31,719 nucleotides of DNA from a virus (Duplodnaviria > Caudoviricetes). Of the stretch, positions 6,393 through 15,135 are shown one piece after another. The position numbers and the translations under genes were made by a program. The notes under the pieces are model-generated. The model was not told the origin of the DNA, did no database searches, and saw only the letters and a program-made list of their open reading frames with translations. The stretch lies in IMG/VR virus record IMGVR_UViG_3300044675_005591, positions 1-31,719 of that record, one strand, 5' to 3'. The stretch's first letter is position 1. Each line of letters starts with the position of its first letter.

Positions 6393-6644
6393 GGCGGCTT
6401 CGGTTTCGGTTTCGGTGGCCAACAGGCTGATGGTGTCGCCTTCGTGGAGCTGGCACTCGCCTTCCAAGATGACCCAGCCGCCGCGCAGGTTGCCGCCTGT
6501 TGAGCGGCCGATGCCTGTGCAGCGTTGGCCGAGTTGGCCGAGGTCGAAATCTTCGACAGTGTGGTCGTCTGGGCCGGACCATTCCAGGTGGGCGGTTTTG
6601 ATGCCGTGGTTGTCTTCAATGCGGGTGATGGTGGCGGTGGTCAT
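6390..6644 (-). CDS. Hypothetical protein, 84 aa
   Basis: Compact ORF between a promoter-like repeat and a 3' repeat/hairpin. Confidence 0.6.
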   Translation of the reverse strand: MTTATITRIEDNHGIKTAHLEWSGPDDHTVEDFDLGQLGQRCTGIGRSTGGNLRGGWVILEGECQLHEGDTISLLATETETEAA

Positions 6645-6650
6645 GGCGGT

Positions 6651-6742
6651 GTTTGTGAGGTGGTGGTTGCGTTTGCGGTGCAGTGCTCGGGATGAGCATG
6701 TGGGAGCTTAATGCGTGATTTGTTGCGTGCAATAATTATTTG
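6651..6742 (-). promoter_or_regulatory. Duplicated leftward promoter/leader, copy 1
   Basis: Minus strand TTGCAC-N16-TAAGCT followed by a TGCTC..GAGCA hairpin; closely similar to 8163-8261. Confidence 0.6.
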
Positions 6743-6766
6743 TTGAAATGTTTAACGGTGACGGAC

Positions 6767-6805
6767 GGTGACGTTGTTGACCTGGTTGACGTTGTTGACG
6801 GGTTA
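6767..6805. repeat. 9-bp periodic GTTGAC repeat
   Basis: TGAC at 6769, 6778, 6787, 6796, directly after the TAA of 6803-7210. Confidence 0.85.
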
Positions 6806-7210
6806 AAGATCCCAATGAATGCCGCGCGTGCCGTAGTAGGAGGTCGCAGCGGCTTCGCCTTCTTTGTGGGCTGTGGCGTTTCCGCACGGGGTGCAGACGC
6901 CATAACCGGTGTCTCTGTTCCACCATTGGCGGCCTTTGGTGCGCTGACCGCAGCAACAACAACTGAGGTTGCGCGCTGGGCGAACGGGGGCCGCGCTTTG
7001 ACGGCGGAAGATGGTCGCGAGATCGGGCAGGAGGTAATCGCCGCTAGGCTGTAAGCGCGGGCGGTGGGCAAGGCCGCGACTGCGGGCGGCGCGCAGAAGA
7101 TAAGCAACGCGGGCACGCGGCACATCGTGTGCGCGCTGCTCGCTGTAATAAACGAGGCTGAATGCGGCTTTGATGCGGACGGGCTGGGCAGGTGTTTGGG
7201 GAATGGACAT
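6803..7210 (-). CDS. Hypothetical protein with Cys motif (CCCCG...GRQWWNRDTGYGVCTPC), 135 aa
   Basis: ORF track; likely metal-binding C-terminal domain. Confidence 0.65.
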   Translation of the reverse strand: MSIPQTPAQPVRIKAAFSLVYYSEQRAHDVPRARVAYLLRAARSRGLAHRPRLQPSGDYLLPDLATIFRRQSAAPVRPARNLSCCCCGQRTKGRQWWNRDTGYGVCTPCGNATAHKEGEAAATSYYGTRGIHWDL

Positions 7211-7268
7211 GGGATGATGAGCGGTAAAAGTTTGCCCGCGTGTGGGATGCGCGGCCCCCGTGTGGGGT

Positions 7269-8153
7269 TTAGGCTTTGAGTTTCTTCATCTCTTCGGCCA
7301 AGGCCCAGAGGGCGCGGTTGACGGTGGTGTTTTGGTCGATGCCGCCGATCTCGCGTGTCTGGCGGCGTGCCACACGGCGGCCTTTGTCGTCGCGCTGGAC
7401 GTAGCGGAGGCCGCCGCGAATGAGGCTTTCTTGCACGGTGTTCAGCGTGTTCCAAATGGTCGGCGCGGCGTCTTCATGGCGGCGAAGGGTAAGCACCTGG
7501 TCTGGAGTGACAGGAGCGGCTTTGTCTTCGTAGCGTGCGACGAGTGCGGCGGTGGCAAAGGCGCGTTGCTCGCCTGCGGTGAGCTGCATGCTGGCCATGC
7601 TGCGGACGCTTTCATTGACTTCGGGGAGCTTTTCCATGAGGGACACGCATCCGTCGATCACCTGGCCGGTGACATCGCCCTTGTGAGGGACGCGGATGTC
7701 TTCGATCATGTTTTGTGCGACGACGAGGCCGTTGCCGCAGACGAGGCGGAAGATGCCTGCCATGAGGCGATAAGAGCTGGTGCCGTCGTGCGAATTGAGC
7801 AGGACGATCTCGTTGTGATTGCCGCCGACTTCGAGTTTTTGGCTGTCGTGGCGGAGGCGAATCAGATGCTTGGTGAAGCCGCGCTTTTCTTCGTCGCGAG
7901 AGCCGCCTTGCATGACGGCGTAAGGGCGGAAGCCTTCGCGCATGAGGCTGGTGAGGACTTCGCTGGTGGGGATGTAGCTATAAACGGCGGAGCGGCTGCT
8001 GTGGGCCTGCTCGGCGAAGATGCTGGGGGCGATGCTGCGGAGCTGGTCGAGATCCAAAGGCTGGCGGGAGGTGTAATTGACCGCGCCGTTGCTGCGGGTG
8101 TGGGTGCGAGCGAAACGGGAGATGTGGGAGGAGTAGGAGCCGAGGATGTTCAT
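7269..8153 (-). CDS. DUF932 (DUF945) family protein
   Basis: Motifs APSIFA..AHSSRS..YSYIPT, FTKHLIRLRH, LLNSHDGTSSYRLMAGIFRLVCGNG; start at ATG 8153. Confidence 0.85.
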   Translation of the reverse strand: MNILGSYSSHISRFARTHTRSNGAVNYTSRQPLDLDQLRSIAPSIFAEQAHSSRSAVYSYIPTSEVLTSLMREGFRPYAVMQGGSRDEEKRGFTKHLIRLRHDSQKLEVGGNHNEIVLLNSHDGTSSYRLMAGIFRLVCGNGLVVAQNMIEDIRVPHKGDVTGQVIDGCVSLMEKLPEVNESVRSMASMQLTAGEQRAFATAALVARYEDKAAPVTPDQVLTLRRHEDAAPTIWNTLNTVQESLIRGGLRYVQRDDKGRRVARRQTREIGGIDQNTTVNRALWALAEEMKKLKA

Positions 8154-8162
8154 GATGATGCT

Positions 8163-8261
8163 GTTTGTGATGTGGTTTGAAGTTCGCGTTTGCGGCGCGG
8201 TGCTCGGTGATGAGCACGTGGGGAGATTAATGCGGGAATTGTTGCGTGCAAGTATTAATTG
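8163..8261 (-). promoter_or_regulatory. Duplicated leftward promoter/leader, copy 2 (divergent control region)
   Basis: Minus strand TTGCAC-N16-TAATCT, then hairpin GTGCTC-ATCACC-GAGCAC; AT-rich. Confidence 0.6.
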
Positions 8262-8342
8262 CAGGAAAATGTTGTTTGCGTCTTTTTGGTTGACTATGGG
8301 GTAACCTGTGTAATTCTTCGGCGTATCCGTTTTCTCAACGCT

Positions 8343-8546
8343 ATGCCGAACGACGACACTCCGCCCCCGACGCCGCCCGATTTGATCGTGCTGGAAGCCC
8401 TCAAGGAGACCTGCGAGCAGGTGCGCCGCCACAATAGCAATCCGGAGGTGGCGAAGGCTGCGCTCCAATGGGAGACGCGCTTTGCCGCGAGCATGAAGAA
8501 GCACGAAACGGGAGGCGCTGGCCGCGAGGTGGCGACGACGGCGTGA
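8343..8546 (+). CDS. Hypothetical protein, first gene of the rightward operon
   Basis: ATG 8343; stop overlaps the next GTG. Confidence 0.55.
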   Translation: MPNDDTPPPTPPDLIVLEALKETCEQVRRHNSNPEVAKAALQWETRFAASMKKHETGGAGREVATTA

Positions 8547-8740
8547 TTTCGGATCTGCAACAACGCATTTCCGCCGCTCTGCGCAAGGGCAAGCGGCAGG
8601 TCGAGGCCACGGGCGCGGGAGCGCTGGGGAGTGCTTCCCGCGCCCCGGTGGCCCGGGCTTACGAGGTCCGGGAGTCGTGCGGTAATGTGCGGCGCTCTTT
8701 TTTGCTGTGGCATCCCCTTAAACAAGGAGGTCGGCCATGA
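8543..8740 (+). CDS. Hypothetical protein
   Basis: GTGA and ATGA couplings at both ends. Confidence 0.5.
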   Translation: MISDLQQRISAALRKGKRQVEATGAGALGSASRAPVARAYEVRESCGNVRRSFLLWHPLKQGGRP

Positions 8741-8910
8741 TCGCGGCGGCTTTTTTTGTGCTGACTCTCCTGGTGATCTGGCTGGGCGCAGCGGCGGTGG
8801 CGGCTCTGGCGCTGCCTGAGCGCGATTGGCGCGCGGAGGATTTCGAGCTTCGCGAATACGCGCAGTGGAAGCGGGAACGTGAGGGCCGCGGCGATGCCGA
8901 CGGCAAGTGA
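8737..8910 (+). CDS. Small membrane protein, 57 aa (below the ORF-track cut-off)
   Basis: AAGGAGG RBS; MIAAAFFVLTLLVIWLGAAAVAALAL hydrophobic N-terminus. Confidence 0.6.
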   Translation: MIAAAFFVLTLLVIWLGAAAVAALALPERDWRAEDFELREYAQWKREREGRGDADGK

Positions 8911-8944
8911 TCGGGCGCGCCTTTTCTTTTTTTTGACTCTTACC

Positions 8945-9337
8945 ATGTCGAAGCGGGCTTTCTCCACTCCTACGGCTGCGGCGGTGCTCCAGAACGGGCG
9001 CTGGTCGGCCGCTGAGGTGGCGACGCTGCTCGATGTGCCGGTGTCGCTGGTGGAGCGCTGGGCGCAGACCGGCCTGGTGCCGGGGTGCTCAGTGGTGGCA
9101 GGCCGCTGGATGCTGCCAGGGCGCTCTCTTTTTCTTTTTTTGGGCCGACGCATTGAGCCACACTATTCTGTCGAGACAGTGGCGACGCTGTTGGATCGGC
9201 CGGTGAAGACGGTGCGCGGATGGTTGCGGCTGGGTCGGCTGTCGAGCGTGAAGCTCGGGCTGGCGCGGTCATCGGCTTGCCTGGTGCCGGAAAGCGCGGT
9301 GATCAGACTGCTGCGCGGGGAAGGAGGTGCGGCATGA
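8945..9337 (+). CDS. Tandem excisionase/MerR-type HTH protein
   Basis: Two repeats: WSAAEVATLLDVPVSLVERWAQTG and YSVETVATLLDRPVKTVRGWLRLG. Confidence 0.75.
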   Translation: MSKRAFSTPTAAAVLQNGRWSAAEVATLLDVPVSLVERWAQTGLVPGCSVVAGRWMLPGRSLFLFLGRRIEPHYSVETVATLLDRPVKTVRGWLRLGRLSSVKLGLARSSACLVPESAVIRLLRGEGGAA

Positions 9338-10011
9338 CTGCGTCACAAAATGTGGTGCAATCCGGCGCGCTCAATGTGTGTGTGGCTGAGGCTGCGCTGG
9401 CCGGTCCGGATGCCGGGATGGATTGTGTGGCGGGGGAAGTTTCGGCAATGGGCGCGGCGGTCGCGACGGTGGCCGCTGGGCCGGATCGGGTGCCTGGCGC
9501 GGCTGCTGTGACGGCGTCAGCGGATGCGGAATCCGCTGTGCGTTTCGGTTTTACCTGCGTAAATGCGGCCTTGACTGCGCCATGTCACACTTCTTGCCAC
9601 ACTTCGACCGGGCAGAAGGCCGACCTGGGCGGCGCGGTCTCGGTGGTTTTGAACGAGGGGGGGCGGGGGTCGGTCGCGACGACGGCCGGCGTCCCTATAA
9701 TCGGATTCGAGGTCACAGAAAATTTTGTCAATGTCCATGCCGCCGCGTTCACCGATGCAGGCCAGTTGCTGGCGCGCGAGATCCGCACCGGAGCCATCGT
9801 GCTGGTGCAGGTAGCGGCTGGGCTGGATTGCTCGACGCTTGCGCTTCCGGCTGTTTTGGCCTGCCGCAAAAAAAAGGGCGGCGCGCTGGTGTTTGAAGGA
9901 CCGGTGCCGGAGTGGAAATGCCCGCAGTGCTGGCTTGCCCAGCCGCGCGATTGCATGGAGCAGCCTTGTGGCTGGCAGGACAAACCCAAAAAAAAGGGGG
10001 GCGCGGCATGA
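9334..10011 (+). CDS. Hypothetical protein with Cys-rich C-terminus
   Basis: GGAGG RBS, ATGA couplings at both ends; N-terminal half is low complexity. Confidence 0.5.
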   Translation: MTASQNVVQSGALNVCVAEAALAGPDAGMDCVAGEVSAMGAAVATVAAGPDRVPGAAAVTASADAESAVRFGFTCVNAALTAPCHTSCHTSTGQKADLGGAVSVVLNEGGRGSVATTAGVPIIGFEVTENFVNVHAAAFTDAGQLLAREIRTGAIVLVQVAAGLDCSTLALPAVLACRKKKGGALVFEGPVPEWKCPQCWLAQPRDCMEQPCGWQDKPKKKGGAA

Positions 10012-10310
10012 GCACGGCCACCGTCAGCCTTTGGGACACCGCACCGGCCACCGCGGCCGTGCGTGAGCGTCCCGTGCACGAGCTGCTGCACCAGCGCTCC
10101 AAGCTGGACGAATGGAGCGAGCAGATCCGCGTCATCCGCGATTTGCTGCCCGATCCCGATGTGAGCCCAACCGAGCGCTTGGCGCTCAGCATGGAGCTCG
10201 CCGTCGCCAAATGCGGCGCGCTGGCTTGTGCCAACGCCATAACCGCCTGCGAGGAGCGCATGCGCCAGCAGCACGCCCGCATGCAGCGCACCCATGGTCA
10301 TTTGCTTTGA
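10008..10310 (+). CDS. Hypothetical protein
   Basis: ATGA-coupled start. Confidence 0.55.
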   Translation: MSTATVSLWDTAPATAAVRERPVHELLHQRSKLDEWSEQIRVIRDLLPDPDVSPTERLALSMELAVAKCGALACANAITACEERMRQQHARMQRTHGHLL

Positions 10311-10319
10311 ATTTTCCCC

Positions 10320-10595
10320 ATGAACGACAACGACTCCCCAACTGACTCCTCACCGCCTGAGTTCACCATTCAGGTGCTCCGGCACAAACCGAATGCGCAG
10401 ACCCGCGTGCTTGAGCCTTGGCCCATGGCCACGATCAACATCACGCAGGCAGGCACCGTCTGCTTCTCTGGCGATGCCAGCAAAAGCTACGGCCCCATGC
10501 AGCAAGCCTTTGAGGCCACCGTCACCGCCTTTGCCCAGGCCGCGGCCAAGATCATCGAGCGGCAAATCATTGTCAAAGCCGACAAAACTCTATGA
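10320..10595 (+). CDS. Hypothetical protein, 91 aa
   Basis: ORF track; operon position. Confidence 0.6.
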   Translation: MNDNDSPTDSSPPEFTIQVLRHKPNAQTRVLEPWPMATINITQAGTVCFSGDASKSYGPMQQAFEATVTAFAQAAAKIIERQIIVKADKTL

Positions 10596-10906
10596 GCTAT
10601 GAAACTCACCGCCTGGGTGCGCGAATCCGCCGCCAATCTCCGCGTCAAGCCGACCACGCTCTGGCGCACCCTGTATCGGCAACGGCTCCCGTGGCCGGCC
10701 ATGATCAAAAAAAACCGGCGCGTGTTCGACGTGCTGGATCCGCCGCTGTTCCCGTCGTGCGTGCCATCTGGCGTGATGCCACGGGCACGCGCGTCCGCCT
10801 CACCTACGTCACCCGCGGCACCGTCGATTACCAAAACCTCGACACCGGCGGCCATGGCGTCATGAGCCGCGCTTGGCTCGAGAAACACTTCACTCCCCTG
10901 CCCTGA
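10592..10906 (+). CDS. Hypothetical protein (competes with the overlapping ORF 10599-10865)
   Basis: Coupled at both ends; frame ambiguous. Confidence 0.4.
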   Translation: MSYETHRLGARIRRQSPRQADHALAHPVSATAPVAGHDQKKPARVRRAGSAAVPVVRAIWRDATGTRVRLTYVTRGTVDYQNLDTGGHGVMSRAWLEKHFTPLP

Positions 10907-11886
10907 TGCACAAGTATTGGAGACACATCGGCGATTACGCCAAGGACACTCGGCACCTCTCCATCCTGGAGCACGGCGCTTTCACCCTCATGCTCGACTG
11001 GTGCTATGCCTCCGAAAAGCCGCTGCCCGAGGATGAAAAGGTGCTTTTCCGGCTTTGTGGAGCCTTCGACAAGGCCGAACAGAAGGCCGTGTTGGCTGTT
11101 CGCGATGAATTTTTCACCCGCGAGCAGTCCGGCTGGACACAGAAACGCGTGCTGGAAGAGATCGCTGATTTCCGCGACAAGCAGGCCAAAGCCAAGAAGG
11201 CAGCAGACGAAAGTTGGAAGAGCAGGCGCAATGCGGACGCAATGCAGACGCATAGCGAACGCATCCAAAATGCAGAGTCGAATGCAATGCCTCGCGCGCA
11301 CGTTCCAACAACCAACAACCAACAACCAGCAACCAATCTACTCTTGCTCGCACCTCACGGTGCTGAGCCGACGGCCGATGATCCCGAAGGCTCCGCCGCA
11401 GCCACCCCAGAAGGTTCTGGCGAAAAAAAGAAAAGGGGGGCGGCGGTGGAAGACTTGGCCTGGGCACCGGACACGGGTTGGACGGGCTTCACGGACACGC
11501 TCATGGACGAGCTGGCTGGCGCTTACCCGGCCTGCGACATCCGGCGGCAGATGCTTGCCATGGAGCAGTGGTTGAAGGCGAACAAGGCCAAGGCTCGCAA
11601 GAGCAACTGGCGCAAGTTCGTCACCAACTGGCTCGCCAAGGAGCAGGATCGCGGTGGTGATCTGCGCGGCAAGACACCCTTCCAAGCCTTCTCGGATAGC
11701 TTTGGCGCGAAAAAAGAAGCGCCGCCGCTCACGGTGGAGCTTCCGCCGGACGGCTACGAGCAGGCCATGACCGCTCTTTGGGGCGATGGCTGGGAGGGCA
11801 CCGTGCCCGGCTGGCCGCAAATGGTCGCCAGTGACAAAGCACAGGTCCGCCGCTGGCTCGCTCAGCATGGGAAGGAGGCGGCGTGA
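10906..11886 (+). CDS. YdaU/DUF1376 family phage replication protein
   Basis: N-terminus MHKYWRHIGDYAKDTRHLSILEHGAFTLMLDWCYASEKPLP; upstream of a DnaB gene. Confidence 0.8.
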   Translation: MHKYWRHIGDYAKDTRHLSILEHGAFTLMLDWCYASEKPLPEDEKVLFRLCGAFDKAEQKAVLAVRDEFFTREQSGWTQKRVLEEIADFRDKQAKAKKAADESWKSRRNADAMQTHSERIQNAESNAMPRAHVPTTNNQQPATNLLLLAPHGAEPTADDPEGSAAATPEGSGEKKKRGAAVEDLAWAPDTGWTGFTDTLMDELAGAYPACDIRRQMLAMEQWLKANKAKARKSNWRKFVTNWLAKEQDRGGDLRGKTPFQAFSDSFGAKKEAPPLTVELPPDGYEQAMTALWGDGWEGTVPGWPQMVASDKAQVRRWLAQHGKEAA

Positions 11887-12890
11887 ATGAGCTGGCTCTT
11901 TTCGCGGGCGCTGGTGGTGGCATTCTCGGAGGGAAGCTCCTGGGATGGCGCTGCGTGTGCGCTGTGGAGTGGGATGCCTATGCCGCAAGCGTGCTTGTGG
12001 CACGGCAAAACGATGGATGCCTGGAGCCGTTTCCCATCTGGGATGACGTGCGCACCTTTGACGGAGGTGCATGGCGAGGCCGTGTTGACGTGGTTTCTGG
12101 CGGGTTTCCCTGCCAGGACATTTCCTGCGCTGGCAAAGGAGCGGGCATCGATGGGGAGCGAAGTGGGATGTGGGTGGAGATGGCCCGGATCATCGGTGAG
12201 GTGGGACCGCGATACGTGCTCGTGGAGAACTCGCCAATGCTCACTGTTCGGGGGCTTGGAACAGTTCTCGGGAACTTGGCCTCGCTGGGGTATGATGCGA
12301 TCTGGGGAGTGCTGGGAGCTGATGATGCCGGAGCTCCACACCGACGGAAACGAATCTGGATCATGGGATGGCGAAGAGACGTGGCAGACGCCGACGGCGC
12401 AGGATGCGAATGGTCGCACGCACCACAATCAACGCGATGGCTCCAAGCGTGCGAGCCTGCTGGGGCAGGTGGCGATGTGGCCAACGGTGCGCAGCAGCGA
12501 CGGAGAGAGAGGTGGACGCGGCGATTTGATCCAAGCGGTGCGGGGCAATCCAAACAGGCATTACAAACTCTGGCAGACGCCAGTGGCGGACGATGCGGTG
12601 GACCGCAAAACAGGGAAGTGGAACTCGCGAGGCGAGGCCAAGTTGTCTGCTCAAGTCAAGATGCTACCAACGCCAACGGTGCAGGATGCGAGCAACAACG
12701 GCGGTCCTGCTCAGATGGAGCGGAATGCACTGCCGCTAAATGCGGTGGCTGGTGGTGCGCTGAACCCGACGTGGGTCGAGTGGCTGATGGGGTGGCCGCT
12801 CGGGTGGACCGATTGCGGTGCCTCGGCAACGGACAAGTTCCGGCAGTGGTGCGGCTCGCATGGCAAACCTTTAACCAAATCAACGCATGA
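11883..12890 (+). CDS. DNA (cytosine-5) methyltransferase, catalytic polypeptide
   Basis: Motif I FAGAGG, IV GGFPCQD, VI ENSP, VIII HRRKRIW, X LRCLGNGQVP. Confidence 0.9.
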   Translation: MNELALFAGAGGGILGGKLLGWRCVCAVEWDAYAASVLVARQNDGCLEPFPIWDDVRTFDGGAWRGRVDVVSGGFPCQDISCAGKGAGIDGERSGMWVEMARIIGEVGPRYVLVENSPMLTVRGLGTVLGNLASLGYDAIWGVLGADDAGAPHRRKRIWIMGWRRDVADADGAGCEWSHAPQSTRWLQACEPAGAGGDVANGAQQRRRERWTRRFDPSGAGQSKQALQTLADASGGRCGGPQNREVELARRGQVVCSSQDATNANGAGCEQQRRSCSDGAECTAAKCGGWWCAEPDVGRVADGVAARVDRLRCLGNGQVPAVVRLAWQTFNQINA

Positions 12891-12894
12891 GTGA
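11887..12894 (+). CDS. Overlapping alternate-frame polypeptide with motif IX-like segment (putative methyltransferase beta subunit)
   Basis: 335 open codons, four W/L-P/Q-T-P/V repeats and LNPTWVEWLMGWPLGWTD; ATG 8 nt after AAGGAGG. Confidence 0.6.
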   Translation: MSWLFSRALVVAFSEGSSWDGAACALWSGMPMPQACLWHGKTMDAWSRFPSGMTCAPLTEVHGEAVLTWFLAGFPARTFPALAKERASMGSEVGCGWRWPGSSVRWDRDTCSWRTRQCSLFGGLEQFSGTWPRWGMMRSGECWELMMPELHTDGNESGSWDGEETWQTPTAQDANGRTHHNQRDGSKRASLLGQVAMWPTVRSSDGERGGRGDLIQAVRGNPNRHYKLWQTPVADDAVDRKTGKWNSRGEAKLSAQVKMLPTPTVQDASNNGGPAQMERNALPLNAVAGGALNPTWVEWLMGWPLGWTDCGASATDKFRQWCGSHGKPLTKSTHE

Positions 12895-14551
12895 TCAACC
12901 TGCCAAAGACCGCGCCGTGACCACCGAGGAGCGGCTGGCCAAAATCAACCGCGCCCTTCCCTTCTCCGATGAGGCAGAGAAAGGGCTGCTGTCCTGCCTC
13001 ATGCAAGATCCCGAACGCATCGCCGAAGTGCGCGCCAAGCTGCCGGCCGAGGCGTTTTACCACGCGGGCAACCGCACCTTGTTCGAGGTCATGCTGGAGA
13101 TGCTGGATAAAAACCTGCCGGTGGAACCGGTGTCTCTGACACACCGGCTGCGTGATCAGGAAAAGCTCGAGCGAGTGGGCGGCGCTGCGCACGTAAGCGA
13201 GCTTTACGATTTCACACCGATCGCCGCGCATTATCCGCATTACGTGCACATCATGCGTGAGAAATGGGCGCTGCGGCAGACCATTCACGCCTGCGCCGAA
13301 AGCATTGACGAGTGCTTGCATCACGGCACGGAAACGAATGACGAAGACATTACGGCCGTGGTCGGTCGCGCGGAGAGCCGCGTGTTTGAATGCGTGCAGG
13401 CGCTGCAAGCCTCCGGCGAGTATTCCACCGGCCCCGTGCATGCGCGGCGCGGCGTGATTGATTGGGTCGAGCGCACGGAGCAGACCATCGCGAATCGTGG
13501 CAAGATCATGGGCCTCGAAACCGGCATCTTGGAGCTCGATCAAACCGTGCACGGACTCGATGATGCACAGGGCGAAATTGTCGTCATCGCGGGCCGTCCC
13601 GGCCAGGGCAAGACCGCCATGGCGACCACGCTCATCCACAACCTCGCCGTCGAGCGCAACGTGCCCGGGCTCGTGTTCTCCGCCGAAATGAGCAGCGTGC
13701 AGCTCTACGACCGCATCATTCTCGGCGGTGCCAGCATCGACACCAGCAAAGCAATCACCGGCATGTTCTCCCGCGCCGACCAAGACGCCATGCAGGGGAA
13801 GGTGCGCCAGGTGCAAACCGCGCCGTTGCTCATCTCCGACGGCTCCGCCATCTCCACCGCCGACATCCGCAGCCAAGTGCAAGTAGCCAAACGTCAGCAC
13901 GGCATCCGCTGGATCGTCGTCGATCACCTGCACCTCATCAAAGCCGTCAGCAAGCGCGGCCTCAAAGACGAGCGCGAGGCACTGGTCGAGGTCATGGAGA
14001 CGCTGCAATTCGTCAAAAAGTTCTACAAGCTCACCGTGCTGCTTATGGTGCAGCTCAACCGCGAAACCGACCGCAACGCAGGCAAGCCGCCCGTGCTCGC
14101 CGATCTGAGCGGCAGCGCCGCGATTGAGTGGTATGCCGATCACGTTTGGATGCTGCATCGCGACCCGTATTTCTTCGGCTGGCACACGCTCAGCGAGGAG
14201 AAGAAAAAAGGCTGGGCCGATGCCGTCGAGCCGCGTCGCGAGCGCAACCCGCAATGCTGGAGCAGCGGTGGCAAATACGGCGAGGAAGACGGCGGCTGGC
14301 CCCGCGAGGACTACGAGCAGGACGCCAAAATCTACGTCCGCAAGAATCGCCGCGGCCCGACACCCGAGCTCCATATGCGCTTCGAGGACTGGCGCACCTG
14401 GTTCAGCAGCCGCATGCCCAAACTCAACAGCACCGACTGGCGCGACTGGCAGTTTGGCAGCTACGCCGTGCCCAAGAAAGAGCCCCGCAGCAAACCCTCC
14501 GGCAAATCTAAACGCACCGACGACGGCTGGGACGCCGATTTCAAAGATTGA
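12887..14551 (+). CDS. dnaB: Replicative DNA helicase, DnaB family
   Basis: N-terminal LPFSDEAEKGLL, Walker A GRPGQGKT, FSAEMS, VVDHLHL, QLNR, DLSGSAAIE, KNRRGP. Confidence 0.93.
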   Translation: MSDQPAKDRAVTTEERLAKINRALPFSDEAEKGLLSCLMQDPERIAEVRAKLPAEAFYHAGNRTLFEVMLEMLDKNLPVEPVSLTHRLRDQEKLERVGGAAHVSELYDFTPIAAHYPHYVHIMREKWALRQTIHACAESIDECLHHGTETNDEDITAVVGRAESRVFECVQALQASGEYSTGPVHARRGVIDWVERTEQTIANRGKIMGLETGILELDQTVHGLDDAQGEIVVIAGRPGQGKTAMATTLIHNLAVERNVPGLVFSAEMSSVQLYDRIILGGASIDTSKAITGMFSRADQDAMQGKVRQVQTAPLLISDGSAISTADIRSQVQVAKRQHGIRWIVVDHLHLIKAVSKRGLKDEREALVEVMETLQFVKKFYKLTVLLMVQLNRETDRNAGKPPVLADLSGSAAIEWYADHVWMLHRDPYFFGWHTLSEEKKKGWADAVEPRRERNPQCWSSGGKYGEEDGGWPREDYEQDAKIYVRKNRRGPTPELHMRFEDWRTWFSSRMPKLNSTDWRDWQFGSYAVPKKEPRSKPSGKSKRTDDGWDADFKD

Positions 14552-14587
14552 TTCACCCACAACCCACACACCACACCGACACCCACC

Positions 14588-14992
14588 ATGCCCAACAAAC
14601 TCAACGCCTACATTGACCCCGCCAAGCTGCAAGGAGCGCATCTGATGCAGATCAAAGACCGCGCTGGCACGCCGCAGGAATGCCTTGTCATCGTGCTCAA
14701 GGACTCGCGCATCCGTCGCTCCGAGAAATCGGGCAAGCTCGGCCTTTCCATTGACATCGTGCCCAACAAGGACGGCAAAGACGAGTATGGAAACACGCAC
14801 TGGATCAAAGAAAGCACCACCAAAGCCGAGCGCGAAAGCCCGCAGCCTCCCAATCTGCACTTCCTCGGCAATGCCCGTGAGTTTGAACTTGGTGGCCAGC
14901 GCACCGCCCGCCCCGCCGCAGGCTCGCCCGTGACCGGCGGCAGCGAGGCACCCATGGCCGACGGCATGGAGGACGATGACATCCCGTTTTGA
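14588..14992 (+). CDS. Single-stranded DNA-binding-like protein
   Basis: Acidic tail EDDDIPF; follows the helicase. Confidence 0.65.
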   Translation: MPNKLNAYIDPAKLQGAHLMQIKDRAGTPQECLVIVLKDSRIRRSEKSGKLGLSIDIVPNKDGKDEYGNTHWIKESTTKAERESPQPPNLHFLGNAREFELGGQRTARPAAGSPVTGGSEAPMADGMEDDDIPF

Positions 14993-15010
14993 ACTGTGAA
15001 GGGAAATGCA

Positions 15011-15104
15011 CGCCAACCGTCGAAAATCAGGCGACGGCGAGCGCCAAGCCTGATTTGCACGACAGATGATCTTCGAGCCGCGGCCTGCATTTTCTTTGTT
15101 CAGC
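15011..15104 (-). other. attC-like site, locus 3
   Basis: Minus strand GCTGAAC-AAAGA-AAAT[G]CAGG-CCGCGGC // GCCGTCG-CCTGATTT-TCGACG-GTTGGCG; shares CGGCTCGAA..ATCTGTC and GCTCGCCGTCGCC with attC 2. Confidence 0.78.
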
Positions 15105-15135
15105 ATCAAAGTCCAAACATCAACCTTATCACATT

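Noticed and set aside
203-9592. 12-mer AAGTGTGACATG at 203-214 and inverted at 9581-9592
   Set aside because: A single 12-bp match is expected by chance in a window of this size, and there is no other support.
9655-9730. G-rich GGGGGGGCGGGGGTC segment as a packaging (cos/pac) site
   Set aside because: Only a loose resemblance, inside an ORF and far from terL; it cannot be supported without read-terminus data.
14989-15102. Long plus-strand hairpin from the SSB stop (GAAC...GTTC) as an attC
   Set aside because: The spacer geometry does not fit. The minus-strand fold 15104-15011 fits the attC pattern and matches attC 2.
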